Virus record (IMG/VR): IMGVR_UViG_3300046501_000595
Strand: one strand, 5' to 3'
Length of the DNA stretch: 22,879 nt
Source of the DNA: an uncultured virus (IMG/VR IMGVR_UViG_3300046501_000595)
Lineage: Duplodnaviria > Heunggongvirae > Uroviricota > Caudoviricetes
Under the pieces are notes generated by a model. It had not been told where the DNA came from, searched no databases, and was given only the letters and a program-made list of their open reading frames with translations. This document shows, piece after piece, positions 1 through 8,193 of this stretch (positions are counted from its first letter, which is position 1; each line of letters begins with the position of its first letter). The translations under genes and the position numbers were made by a program.

Positions 1-110
1 CCAAAGACCAGATCCAGCGCGATGATGATCTTGATGCACTTGGTTTCGGAGAGGTTCCGGGCTTCGGCCAGCACGCGGGCCGGCGCACCTTTGATGTCTG
101 GGATATTCAT
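1..110 (-). CDS. Hypothetical protein, 5' part only (runs off the window start)
   Basis: ATG at 110 opens MNIPDIKGAPARVLAEARNLSETKCIKIIIALDLVF... with GC-rich third codon positions and no stop before position 1. Confidence 0.5.
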   Translation of the reverse strand, partial: MNIPDIKGAPARVLAEARNLSETKCIKIIIALDLVF

Positions 111-521
111 GATGCTCAAGTAAACCTGATGTCACGTGGGTAGAAAGACTCACAGGGCTCGCCAGCGATGATTTTTTTCAAGCGCAGGGCGATGGGAGCC
201 AGTCGATAGTAAAAGCTGACTGAGAGCTCCGTGCGAAGCCAGAAGGCAGACTCTACCGTCTCTCGCAGGACGTGCCCTATCGTTCCGACATTGCAAGGCA
301 ATGGATTGAGACGATCTCCATGCTCGGCTACGAAGTCGTTGTACCCAGGGGGAGGTCGGAGCAGAGAGCCAGGTAGTGGTGCAGCCATCGGGGATTCAGT
401 CAATTTATGCGAAATGTTGGCGGAGGATAAACGATTTGCGGTGCTGGGACAATTTGGCGTCAGCTTCTCAAAAACTCGATGGCCAGGGATCAGCCCTGGC
501 CACCCCACCGCCCTACTCGAT

Positions 522-1301
522 CTATGGCTGAGGATCATTCTCTGGAGGTGCTTTCGTGCGACCTTGGGAGAGGATCTGATCGATAGACCCTGGTTCAGAA
601 TGGATATCGTCCGAGTAGAGCTTTTTGAAAGCATCAGAACCTATGATCGTGGGAGGGATTTGCATATCCAGCGAGATTTTCCGCTGGGCAAGGAAGATCA
701 ATTTCCCAAGTGCCTTACAATCAGGATCCTCAAGAGACTCTATGCAAGCTCGCTTCATGGATTCAGGCGATGTGCCTGACCAATCTATTGCATAACCATG
801 CTCTTGTGCGAGAAGTCGTAGCAGCTGCCGTTGAGTTCTACCGTTACCCTCTCTGAATGGGTGAGCCTGGTTTACAAGGCCGAGGTAAATACCGGCAGCT
901 GAAGAAAACTCCTTTTCGGAGTCGATCTTTTGAACAACTAAACCGCTGGATTTAAGGTACTTTGACATGTTCCAAAAATCATCAGCGATTTTTGAAACAG
1001 TCGTAAACTCAGTTCCGCCCTTCGAAATATCAACGGCTCTTAGCTGCCCAGCCCAAGGATAAACATCCTGGAACAAATGGTGATGAATTTTCTGCGCGTG
1101 CTCAAGGTCAAGCAAGCCATAAATAGGGCTATCCCGGAGTTCAATCCCACGCCAGCCGCTAAACTGACTTTCCATTTCGCTGAGTTCAGTGGTATTGCGG
1201 ATATTGAAATTGTTTATCAAGACACCATTGTCATAGACGTGTGGATCGTCCTCAATGGAATGTCCGCCATAATACTCGTGGTCATCATGGCTCGAGGTCA
1301 T
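522..1301 (-). CDS. Fic-domain protein (putative AMP transferase toxin) with C-terminal extension
   Basis: Complete Fic motif HPFREGNGRTQR, upstream IHHHLFQDVYPWAGQLR.VDISKG segment, overlaps the upstream antitoxin gene. Confidence 0.93.
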   Translation of the reverse strand: MTSSHDDHEYYGGHSIEDDPHVYDNGVLINNFNIRNTTELSEMESQFSGWRGIELRDSPIYGLLDLEHAQKIHHHLFQDVYPWAGQLRAVDISKGGTEFTTVSKIADDFWNMSKYLKSSGLVVQKIDSEKEFSSAAGIYLGLVNQAHPFREGNGRTQRQLLRLLAQEHGYAIDWSGTSPESMKRACIESLEDPDCKALGKLIFLAQRKISLDMQIPPTIIGSDAFKKLYSDDIHSEPGSIDQILSQGRTKAPPENDPQP

Positions 1302-1476
1302 AGTACTCTCGCGTTTTCTTCAGCGCCTGTTCTATTGTCAGCTGACCAGAAACGTACTTCTCCGTGAGGCTACGCATAAGCGGAGTCTCTTTGATTCCTT
1401 CCAGTGCAGCAGAACCTCGCTCTTCTCTTACAGCCTGCCGACGACTTTCTACAGTACTTGGATTGATCCTATTCAT
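1285..1476 (-). CDS. VbhA/FicA-family antitoxin
   Basis: About 63 aa with the inhibitory (S/T)xxxE(G/N) motif SAALEG and YVSGQLT; directly upstream of and overlapping fic; ATG 1476 preferred as start. Confidence 0.85.
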   Translation of the reverse strand: MNRINPSTVESRRQAVREERGSAALEGIKETPLMRSLTEKYVSGQLTIEQALKKTREYYDLEP

Positions 1477-1708
1477 AGTGCTAATCCCAAAAGACACGTC
1501 AAACACCCTATTAGCACTCCTTGATGATCAGGTCAAGAAATGCAGTCCGTCCTGGGTAGTTTACTTCATGTCTAATTAGGGAGTCACGCGGAGCGAAAAA
1601 CTCCTTAGGTACGACTTCATGAGTATTGTTTATCTGCTTGTTTTTAAAGGGTTTTCATTTTTGGCATAAACCTGATGTAAAGTATCACCAGACTAGAAGC
1701 ATCGCTTA

Positions 1709-1721
1709 TAAGCTGTTGATT
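1709..1721 (-). promoter_or_regulatory. IHF-consensus site in AT-rich intergenic DNA
   Basis: Minus strand AATCAACAGCTTA matches WATCAANNNNTTR exactly. Confidence 0.4.
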
Positions 1722-1788
1722 TATAATGATTATACGATATTTTCTTCAGCCCTCCGATACGAGGGTAAAGCACCCCAGATTTCACGCA

Positions 1789-1812
1789 GAAACGCCCTTT
1801 TCAGGGCGTTTC
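1789..1812 (-). terminator. Probable intrinsic terminator of the tRNA-pth2-ORF unit
   Basis: Perfect 10-bp stem GAAACGCCCT-N4-AGGGCGTTTC about 40 bp after the stop at 1853. Confidence 0.55.
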
Positions 1813-1852
1813 CAGGGGCACATTCAGCGGCCATTTACTGGCCGGCGTGCGG

Positions 1853-2227
1853 TTACAGCGCCAGGGAGGCCTTCAGGCACTCCTCCAGTTCAACCAGGCT
1901 GGCGCTGTCCGGGGCGAACCTGGCGAACTGCACCGGCACCGGCTTGCTCGCGAAATCCTCGTTCTTGGCCAGGAAGTTCACCAGGGATCCATGCAGGCCC
2001 TGCAGTTCTACCTTGGCGTTCGCGCCGTCTTCCATGTGGCTGGCCTTGCGGTAGTCAGCACCACGCACGGAGGCGTAGACCGCGTAGTCGCGCAGGAACA
2101 GCTTCTTGGCACGGTTGCCATACTCGTTCGCCTCGCGACGAAGGTTGTCGCGGTTGGTCAGTCGCTCTTTGCCGTGGGCAATAAGGGACTTACGGGCAGC
2201 GGAGAATTCAACAAAAGTATCGCTCAT
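1853..2227 (-). CDS. Hypothetical protein (124 aa)
   Basis: SD AAGAGGT before ATG, strong codon bias, 25 bp downstream of pth2. Confidence 0.75.
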   Translation of the reverse strand: MSDTFVEFSAARKSLIAHGKERLTNRDNLRREANEYGNRAKKLFLRDYAVYASVRGADYRKASHMEDGANAKVELQGLHGSLVNFLAKNEDFASKPVPVQFARFAPDSASLVELEECLKASLAL

Positions 2228-2251
2228 GGGTATTACCTCTTTAAGTTGTGC

Positions 2252-2752
2252 TTATAAGCACTGGAAACGTTTGGTTATTTCTTTGGCTTGCGCTTTCGTG
2301 CACGGGCCAATGCCCAGGGCAGTTACTATTGGCTCGCCATCAAAATGTGGGGGAAGTACGTGGTGTTCGTCGACCACGAGCGAACATGGAAGGCCTAACT
2401 CGCGTGCCATACCATAAGCTTTGATCAACTGACTTTGATTTTTTGACTCCATGCACACTTTCGACCCAGCATTGTTCTGCTGTTTGTACCTTTCGGCACT
2501 CTTGGGATCGAACCATTCGCAATGAGTAAGGGTGTACTCAAAGCCATGGCCAAGCTGTGCACCAGCCTTACCAAGTGGCATGTCGAGCGATGCTGGGACG
2601 ATTGAATAAAGATACAGGTGATCTTTATCAGCAGGTGGCGTCTTGCGAGCCAGCAGCTGGGCAATCTCAGCAGGGGAAATCGTCGAGAAATCGACGTCTT
2701 GAAGCGGGTCGGTGTGCGGTCTAATCCGTGCGCAAGAGCTACAACATCTCAA
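2252..2752 (-). CDS. Peptidyl-tRNA hydrolase type II (Pth2 family)
   Basis: MPLGKAGAQLGHG, GSKVCM, LPCSLVVD and TALGIGP follow the Pth2 motif order. Start is uncertain (TTG 2752 or GTG 2761); the listed extension to 2887 runs through the tRNA. Confidence 0.82.
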   Translation of the reverse strand: MRCCSSCARIRPHTDPLQDVDFSTISPAEIAQLLARKTPPADKDHLYLYSIVPASLDMPLGKAGAQLGHGFEYTLTHCEWFDPKSAERYKQQNNAGSKVCMESKNQSQLIKAYGMARELGLPCSLVVDEHHVLPPHFDGEPIVTALGIGPCTKAQAKEITKRFQCL

Positions 2753-2800
2753 TTTTCTCACTTGGTGGGCTTTCTTTGGGTGAAAGCCAAAACCCTGAAT

Positions 2801-2893
2801 TGGCGGACGCAAAGGGAGTCGAACCCTTGTCGGCGGGGTTACCGCCCAGACGGTAGCAGTGTCTGTGCCTTTGGCCACTCGTGCCATGCGTCC
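2801..2893 (-). tRNA. tRNA-Ser(GCT)-like gene with atypical D and anticodon arms
   Basis: 7-bp acceptor GGACGCA/TGCGTCC, G73 and encoded CCA, T arm AAGGG-TTCGACT-CCCTT, long variable arm GGCGG-TAACC-CCGCC, anticodon arm CAGAC-ACTGCTACC-GTCTG. Confidence 0.88.
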
Positions 2894-2904
2894 TTTGTGC
2901 TTGA

Positions 2905-2933
2905 ATCATATTGCCGAAAAACAAGCCCGTCAA
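2905..2933 (-). promoter_or_regulatory. Sigma70 promoter for the tRNA-pth2 unit
   Basis: TTGACG-N17-TATGAT ending 11 nt before the tRNA 5' end. Confidence 0.8.
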
Positions 2934-2960
2934 TATATGCCATATCTTTTTTTCGACTAC

Positions 2961-3554
2961 CTACAGCGATGGCCCCTCGTGCTCTACGCGCTTGGGCTTC
3001 TCAGCGCATAAGGCAAGCTGACCAGGGTGCTTCTGCATAAGCGTGTTAAGGATGGCCACGCCGTCAAATAGGTTCAGCCCCTCCTCCTGGAGTTGCAGGG
3101 TCTGGTCAGCGGTGAGCTCGGCCAGCATGATCGCTTTCTCTGGCTCAAGACAAACCGCGATCACGTCTTCGCTGCCTTCGTACTCAACCAGGTCATAACC
3201 TTCGGAGATGAGGCTCTTACGCAAAGCCACGAAAGACTCCTTATCAGCCACCTGATGGCCATCCTCGTCTCGCCCGTAAAAATCATCCCGGTCGATGTCG
3301 CTGTATGGCTTGCTGCACGGAATGGCGAGCACGTACACATGCTCGTGCTCCCCCTCACCCAGCTCAGCGGCATTCTGAGCGTATTCGGCAGCATTCTCTG
3401 GGATCTCGGTGGTGAACAGGCCTAGGCCGGTATTCAGATCCATGCCCCGGCCCATGGCCGCAGTCGTGAATGCGTGAATTTTCCGGGCGCTGCCATGGAA
3501 GCCGATGCGGTATTCGCCAGCTTCCAGCATTTTTAGAATTGCTTGATGGGACAC
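2961..3554 (-). CDS. ART-PolyVal-like ADP-ribosyltransferase-fold protein
   Basis: GFHGS...F...GLGLFTT...AAEYA...VYVL...KPY...L.SEGYD pattern. Confidence 0.65.
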   Translation of the reverse strand: MSHQAILKMLEAGEYRIGFHGSARKIHAFTTAAMGRGMDLNTGLGLFTTEIPENAAEYAQNAAELGEGEHEHVYVLAIPCSKPYSDIDRDDFYGRDEDGHQVADKESFVALRKSLISEGYDLVEYEGSEDVIAVCLEPEKAIMLAELTADQTLQLQEEGLNLFDGVAILNTLMQKHPGQLALCAEKPKRVEHEGPSL

Positions 3555-3754
3555 GGACGTTACTCATTCTGGTCAGGCTTCCATCGTAGCAGCGCCGCAG
3601 TCACCGGAGCCAATCTGGTTCGGTGAAGTGGGCAGGATTCGCGCCAGGCAGCCAGCGAAATCAATGCATCAACATCATCCCAAAAAGGATCCTTGCTTGT
3701 ACAAAAACGGATCCTCTATGCTGGGGCCAGAACGCCACTATTTCAGGGTTTTTT

Positions 3755-4495
3755 ATGGCAGATCGTCCCCTATTCGTCGTCGCTTTACCCATCACCGCCA
3801 ACACCCAATTGCATGCCGAGGACGCCGGCGCTGTTGGCGTTTATGAGCTGATCGGCGACACATCCATGTCTCGCAGCGTGGCCGCCGCCAGTGCGCTGGA
3901 GTCGTTTCATACCAGGGTCGCCATTTCGTACCCTGAGGATTTTGTCATCAAAGTTGTTGACCCTATGCTGAGGCAAGTGCTTGAGCCCGGCGAAGCAGAC
4001 GACCCATTGGTTCTGCCATGCCAAAAGATCAGCTCTGTTGTCCGGGGCTGGATTGCAAACCTGGTCGATGACGTGGAACCTATCGCAGAGACCCCAGGAC
4101 AGAGGAAGTCGACTGTGTTGGTTGTTGCAGTGCCTGTCCGGCCTAAAGCGGAACTACACCCGTACGACAAGGGTGTTCGCGGTGTGTATTCGGTCGACAT
4201 TACTGAATCCAATTTGACCGATGCCCAGAAGGCTGGAAGCGCTCTGAATTCCTTCAACCTCACCGTTGCGGTGGAGGTACCTGAGGACTTTCAGGTCACG
4301 GTCGTTGATTCATCCGATAAGATCCTGGAACCTGGTGCAGAGCCAGAGTCTCGTGAGTTCTACTGCGAGATAGTCACTTCGGGGATTTCAAAGGACATGC
4401 TGGCCTTGGTGGGAGCTCCTGTCATTGAGGAGAAGTCTCAAAGCAAGCCAGCGGCTGTTCGCCACGAAGATGACAACCCCTCCCCTAGCTTCTGA
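3755..4495 (+). CDS. Hypothetical protein with two tandem homologous domains
   Basis: Repeated VVA.P....LH..D.G..GVY...A.SAL.SF...VA...PEDF...VVD....LEPG; ATG 3755 preferred over the GTG at 3623. Confidence 0.8.
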   Translation: MADRPLFVVALPITANTQLHAEDAGAVGVYELIGDTSMSRSVAAASALESFHTRVAISYPEDFVIKVVDPMLRQVLEPGEADDPLVLPCQKISSVVRGWIANLVDDVEPIAETPGQRKSTVLVVAVPVRPKAELHPYDKGVRGVYSVDITESNLTDAQKAGSALNSFNLTVAVEVPEDFQVTVVDSSDKILEPGAEPESREFYCEIVTSGISKDMLALVGAPVIEEKSQSKPAAVRHEDDNPSPSF

Positions 4496-4508
4496 TTGCA
4501 GCAGGCAC

Positions 4509-4544
4509 AAAAAACCCCGCATAGCCGAAACCTGCGGGGTTTTT
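4509..4544. terminator. Bidirectional intrinsic terminator
   Basis: AAAAAACCCCGCA-loop-TGCGGGGTTTTT between convergent genes. Confidence 0.85.
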
Positions 4545-4576
4545 CTCGCTATAGAACCTGGGGGCATCCGCCAAAG

Positions 4577-5017
4577 CTATGCGGCTTTCGGTGATGTCGC
4601 TTCGTCCGATTTGGCGCTGACGCCAGCTAAGAGTCGGGTCTTAAGTTCAGCCGGCAGTTTCAGGTTCTTGATGTGTCCTGCGATGTCATCGATCAACTGC
4701 GCCTGGCTGGCTAGCTGTTCCTCCATCTGCGCCCTGCCCTCGATGAGCTCCTCGATCTTGCGCGTAGCGCTGACCTTTAGCCCATCCAGGCGATGCTTGG
4801 CCATCTCAGAGCTTACTGCCTTCCCCGCCTCCATGTCTGGAGCATCACTAGCATCAAAGATCCAGTGGCGCAGTTGGCCAGCCACCATGGAAGCCGCTTT
4901 GCGCTCGATCTCCGGATAGTTCTGGGGATCGGCAGCAATCGCCTCGCAATGCGCCTTGGTGCGCTTCATAGCCGCTACCAGCGTGCTTGCCGGGCTGTTC
5001 GATTTCTTCTTTTTCAT
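4577..5017 (-). CDS. Hypothetical helical/coiled-coil protein
   Basis: ATGA overlap with the upstream gene; last gene of the operon before the terminator. Confidence 0.7.
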   Translation of the reverse strand: MKKKKSNSPASTLVAAMKRTKAHCEAIAADPQNYPEIERKAASMVAGQLRHWIFDASDAPDMEAGKAVSSEMAKHRLDGLKVSATRKIEELIEGRAQMEEQLASQAQLIDDIAGHIKNLKLPAELKTRLLAGVSAKSDEATSPKAA

Positions 5018-5508
5018 GCTGAAACTTCTGGCTCAATGGGTTTATCGAGTGTGTCGGTGGTAGGTGTAAAGCTGAGCTTCAGAGAACCGCTAGCAGCGAG
5101 GCCAATATGCCTGCGAATGCCGAGGTGCAGCTGCTCTGACTTGATGTTTCGATACCCTACGCCCAGGAAGCCGTAGAACAGAGGTGCAGTGACCGTGCTG
5201 AGCAGCCCAGCAGCAAAGGAAACCTGGAACACAATGGCGAAGAGTCGGGCCGGATCATCGGCGAAGTACTCATTGAACTGGGTTCCATGCAGGGATGCGT
5301 ACAGGCCGGCCAGCAGAACACAGAACATCGTCGACATGGGGATGCATTCAAGGAACAGTTTGAATGTCACATACACAGAATGCGCGACCTGATACGGGTA
5401 GATCATCAGGTTTTGCTTCACCTGCTTGAGCAGGCCGAGATACTCCGCATCTGTGATCTCCCCCACGTACACGCCTTCGCACTCGATCTTCCACACACCA
5501 TTACGCAT
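5014..5508 (-). CDS. Hypothetical inner-membrane protein
   Basis: Two hydrophobic segments; TGATG coupling to the upstream ORF. Confidence 0.75.
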   Translation of the reverse strand: MRNGVWKIECEGVYVGEITDAEYLGLLKQVKQNLMIYPYQVAHSVYVTFKLFLECIPMSTMFCVLLAGLYASLHGTQFNEYFADDPARLFAIVFQVSFAAGLLSTVTAPLFYGFLGVGYRNIKSEQLHLGIRRHIGLAASGSLKLSFTPTTDTLDKPIEPEVSA

Positions 5509-5882
5509 CAGTCCCTCCTCATCTTGTCATTCTCCAGTTTGGCCAGCGCATCGCAGAGCTCGTCGCGGGCCGTGTGTGTCAAAATCTCTGTGAACTTGAT
5601 GTTCTGAGTCAGCTCAATCAGTTCAGGGTGGTATTTGTTGATCCTGTCCAGCGTGATCACGTCACCGAACGGCAGCTTCATCGGCACACTGCTGACGCCA
5701 AGGTTCAAGCAGTCCACCTGTAGTTCGCCGGAGGCGGTTGTGGCGCCGTGATTCTCCGAACTGATGGTATTCAAGGCCTCACGCATAAAGAACAAAGCCC
5801 CACCCAGCAAGATCAAAGAACAAACCCCGGCGTATACGCACATCAGCGCCAGCTCTCGGCGTTTAAACCTCTCTCTGGTCAT
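5508..5882 (-). CDS. Membrane-anchored hypothetical protein (Cys-pair family)
   Basis: N-terminal TM helix, DCLNL and ARDELCDAL motifs, ATGA coupling. Confidence 0.75.
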   Translation of the reverse strand: MTRERFKRRELALMCVYAGVCSLILLGGALFFMREALNTISSENHGATTASGELQVDCLNLGVSSVPMKLPFGDVITLDRINKYHPELIELTQNIKFTEILTHTARDELCDALAKLENDKMRRD

Positions 5883-6217
5883 CGAGGTACACCATAGTGA
5901 GTGACTGCCTCTTCCAGGGGGCTACAGAGCCTATCGCGCTCACCCCGCCCGAACCCATTGGCCTTGAACTCCGCCAGCATTGGCTCAGTGCGTTTGTGAT
6001 CAAAAGCCTCAAGCGCCGGGTATGCCTGCCTCGCCTGAACGAGCAGCATCCTGAGCTGGAAAGGTTCTGCCTGGTCACCAATTTTCAGGCTGTAGCACTG
6101 GTCTGCTAGGTTGGCGTACCTGGGGCTACCGTAACGCAACTGGGTCACGAAGAATATGCCGGTAGCGACGGCCACCAGCACCATCCCACCGGCAATCATT
6201 AGCTGCTTCCTGGACAT
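5879..6217 (-). CDS. Membrane-anchored hypothetical protein (Cys-pair family)
   Basis: N-terminal TM helix, DQCYSL and ERDRLCSPL motifs, SD AAGGT. Confidence 0.75.
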   Translation of the reverse strand: MSRKQLMIAGGMVLVAVATGIFFVTQLRYGSPRYANLADQCYSLKIGDQAEPFQLRMLLVQARQAYPALEAFDHKRTEPMLAEFKANGFGRGERDRLCSPLEEAVTHYGVPR

Positions 6218-6224
6218 GTCACCT

Positions 6225-6314
6225 TTACCTCAGTGCGATGTGCACCACTGCGAGGGAAATGAAAGCAAAGCCCGACACCTTCCACAGAATTTTCTCGAGA
6301 CGGATGGTGTGCAT
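6225..6314 (-). CDS. Small hydrophobic peptide (29 aa, not in ORF track)
   Basis: MHTIRLEKILWKVSGFAFISLAVVHIALR* fills the gap between two operon genes; AAAGG upstream. Confidence 0.5.
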   Translation of the reverse strand: MHTIRLEKILWKVSGFAFISLAVVHIALR

Positions 6315-6318
6315 GGGA

Positions 6319-6765
6319 TCAGCCTTTGGTGTCGATTGGAGGGGGTTGTACCGCTGGCGCCGGCGCCGACGCTTTCTGGAGCGCTGCGCAGAACTCCTGA
6401 CGCCCTACCGGCGTTAGGTGTGACAGTTTTTCGTTAGATTCGCAGGTTGTCTGGCTTGCTGCCGGCGAAGGTTCTGCCAGCTTTTCAAGCGATACGCACA
6501 ATCCCTGACGGGCTGCCGGCGATAGTTCGTTCTGCGAAGCATAGGAAGCGACAAGAGCACTGTGGCGCTCATCTTTCCTGGAGATCGCTCCCAAAACCCA
6601 GATGGTGGAAGACGACACCGGGCGGTCTATCACTGAAACTGGCAGATTCCAGCACATATCTACGAACGAGGCACTGCCGGTGCGAGGCTCTGGGAGTTTC
6701 TGTACCAGGTAGACCGACAAACCGATAACGGCTGCGCCAACCAGAACACTACAAAGCTTGTTCAC
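6319..6765 (-). CDS. Membrane-anchored hypothetical protein (Cys-pair family, duplicated C-terminal helix motif)
   Basis: N-terminal TM helix, DMCWNL, ARQGLCVSL and GRQEFCAAL motifs; TAGTG coupling. Confidence 0.72.
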   Translation of the reverse strand: MNKLCSVLVGAAVIGLSVYLVQKLPEPRTGSASFVDMCWNLPVSVIDRPVSSSTIWVLGAISRKDERHSALVASYASQNELSPAARQGLCVSLEKLAEPSPAASQTTCESNEKLSHLTPVGRQEFCAALQKASAPAPAVQPPPIDTKG

Positions 6766-7019
6766 TAAAAAGGACTCTCACGGGATGATTCAAGATGGCT
6801 GCTGCTTGATAGAAGCCTGATTTGGCTTTCAGATAGACGCCCGTAGAGGTAAGCGCTGTAGGCAAGCAATCCAACGCCGATAGTACAAGCAATCACCGAA
6901 ATTTCACTTATGCCGGTTGGAGCGCCCCTGAGAACGCCGTTGATACCGAAACCAAGGCCGGCAATGGAGGTGATGAAATACGCTACGAGGGGTTGATTAT
7001 TCTTATGGCTCTGGGTCAT
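6765..7019 (-). CDS. Small two-TM membrane protein
   Basis: Two hydrophobic stretches; first gene of the coupled operon; start uncertain (7019 or 7037). Confidence 0.6.
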   Translation of the reverse strand: MTQSHKNNQPLVAYFITSIAGLGFGINGVLRGAPTGISEISVIACTIGVGLLAYSAYLYGRLSESQIRLLSSSSHLESSRESPF

Positions 7020-7195
7020 GGCGGGATTCCAAGGCACAAGGGAACCCCTGATGGGGAGCTAGGGGTTTGGATGGTTGAATCATGCCAGATCACCTCAAAT
7101 TTCCAAGCCCCAAACTGTCAATTTATCACAATTATTTACTGCCTCCGTTTCATGATCACTCCTTGCGCGGGAAGGTGGCCAAGGCTTACCCACAG

Positions 7196-7232
7196 TAGTA
7201 GACAACGATCTAAGGATAACCTGTCCTGGTAC
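7196..7232 (+). repeat. Upstream motif, copy 1
   Basis: TAGTAGACAACGATCTAAG-N9-TCCTGGTAC, matched at 8194-8226. Confidence 0.65.
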
Positions 7233-7308
7233 GTCAAAAGCACATTTGCGGCTGCTTCTTTGGCACTGTTAAGCTGAATCGAGACGCACACAATCAAGGA
7301 ATAGAAAA

Positions 7309-8097
7309 TTGACCAGGCTCAAATATCTCCTCGAGCAGTTCGGCCTTATGTTCACTGAAGGCCGGCACCAGGTGAAATCGTTGAAATTGGAAAGCTCTGC
7401 AGATTTGCACCAGCTCTCCTTTGCTGAAACCCTGTGGCCTGACGTCAAATCCGTTGCCTTCAAACCGGTCGAATTCAAGGCACAGGTTGTCCCAGGTGAA
7501 GAACCGGCGAAGACGCTGCTCAGGGCTATGGTGACTGCCCCGGAAAGCGTCAACAAGGTCGCCAAGCTGTTCAACACCTACAACCTGGATCGGAACCTCA
7601 AATGGTTCTTTGAGGAAATCAAGGAAGTCCAGCAGCTGCATAAGAACAACCTCAAGATGTTCGACGCCTTCACTCAGCCAGGTACCCAGGAGGTTGAGGC
7701 CTACTTCGTTCGCCCGGAGTGCGCCCAACTCCACCCACAGTTATTCAGCACGGCTCAAATTTCGCCAAAACAATCGACCATCGATGACCTGTGCAGGCTG
7801 GGCATGTACCGTAAGGCTGCCCTGCTTTCTATTCCGGCAAGCGTCGCGCCCGAGAATGTGGCCGAGTTCGCTTACTCCGCCCTTCAAAATGAGCAATCGA
7901 GCTGGAGTGGCAATCAGGACATCATCAACCTCACGGACTTCCCTCGTTCGATGCAGGTAGGTGACGTGTTCATCATCGGCAGCCATGGCCATGTTGTTAA
8001 GGGCATGGGGTTCGAGAAGCTGGACAGCTTTTTCCCGAGGGATCCAGAAGCCGAGGTGGCCCGGCATGACTGGAGCTCCGAAGGCCCAGGTCTTTAA
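7309..8097 (+). CDS. Hypothetical protein with C-terminal YodL-like domain
   Basis: RSMQVGDVFII...HVVKGMGFEKL resembles the YodL S.SVGD...V...GF..L signature; SD AAGGA before TTG. Confidence 0.65.
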   Translation: MTRLKYLLEQFGLMFTEGRHQVKSLKLESSADLHQLSFAETLWPDVKSVAFKPVEFKAQVVPGEEPAKTLLRAMVTAPESVNKVAKLFNTYNLDRNLKWFFEEIKEVQQLHKNNLKMFDAFTQPGTQEVEAYFVRPECAQLHPQLFSTAQISPKQSTIDDLCRLGMYRKAALLSIPASVAPENVAEFAYSALQNEQSSWSGNQDIINLTDFPRSMQVGDVFIIGSHGHVVKGMGFEKLDSFFPRDPEAEVARHDWSSEGPGL

Positions 8098-8108
8098 ACT
8101 CCACCGTT

Positions 8109-8131
8109 GAGCGCCAGCCACCCTGGCGCTC
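8109..8131 (+). terminator. Hairpin after the YodL-like gene
   Basis: GAGCGCCAG-CCACC-CTGGCGCTC, no clear U tract. Confidence 0.4.
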
Positions 8132-8193
8132 TATCGCCACGCCCCTCCCCACTTGATTACCGATACGCGATTTGTGGGGAGTTACACACCCGC

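Noticed and set aside
116..779. ORFs 116..634(-) and 231..779(+)
   Set aside because: Both overlap fic and have no motifs or SD; a 90-aa ORF 116-388(-) is possible but unsupported
1690..1745. dif/pdif or Tn3 res site in the AT-rich stretch
   Set aside because: No XerD arm (TTATGTTAAAT-like) at 6-bp spacing, no res subsite pattern and no resolvase nearby
2801..2830. tRNA 3' end as an integration att site
   Set aside because: No duplicate of the 3' end and no integrase seen in the window
2762..2887. N-terminal extension of the 211-aa Pth2 ORF
   Set aside because: It reads through the tRNA gene; Pth2 similarity starts only downstream
7061..7110. Imperfect inverted repeat as an Frpo-type ssDNA promoter
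   Set aside because: The stem is only about 10 bp and the candidate -10 falls in the loop; flanking genes are not uniformly oriented as in a leading region
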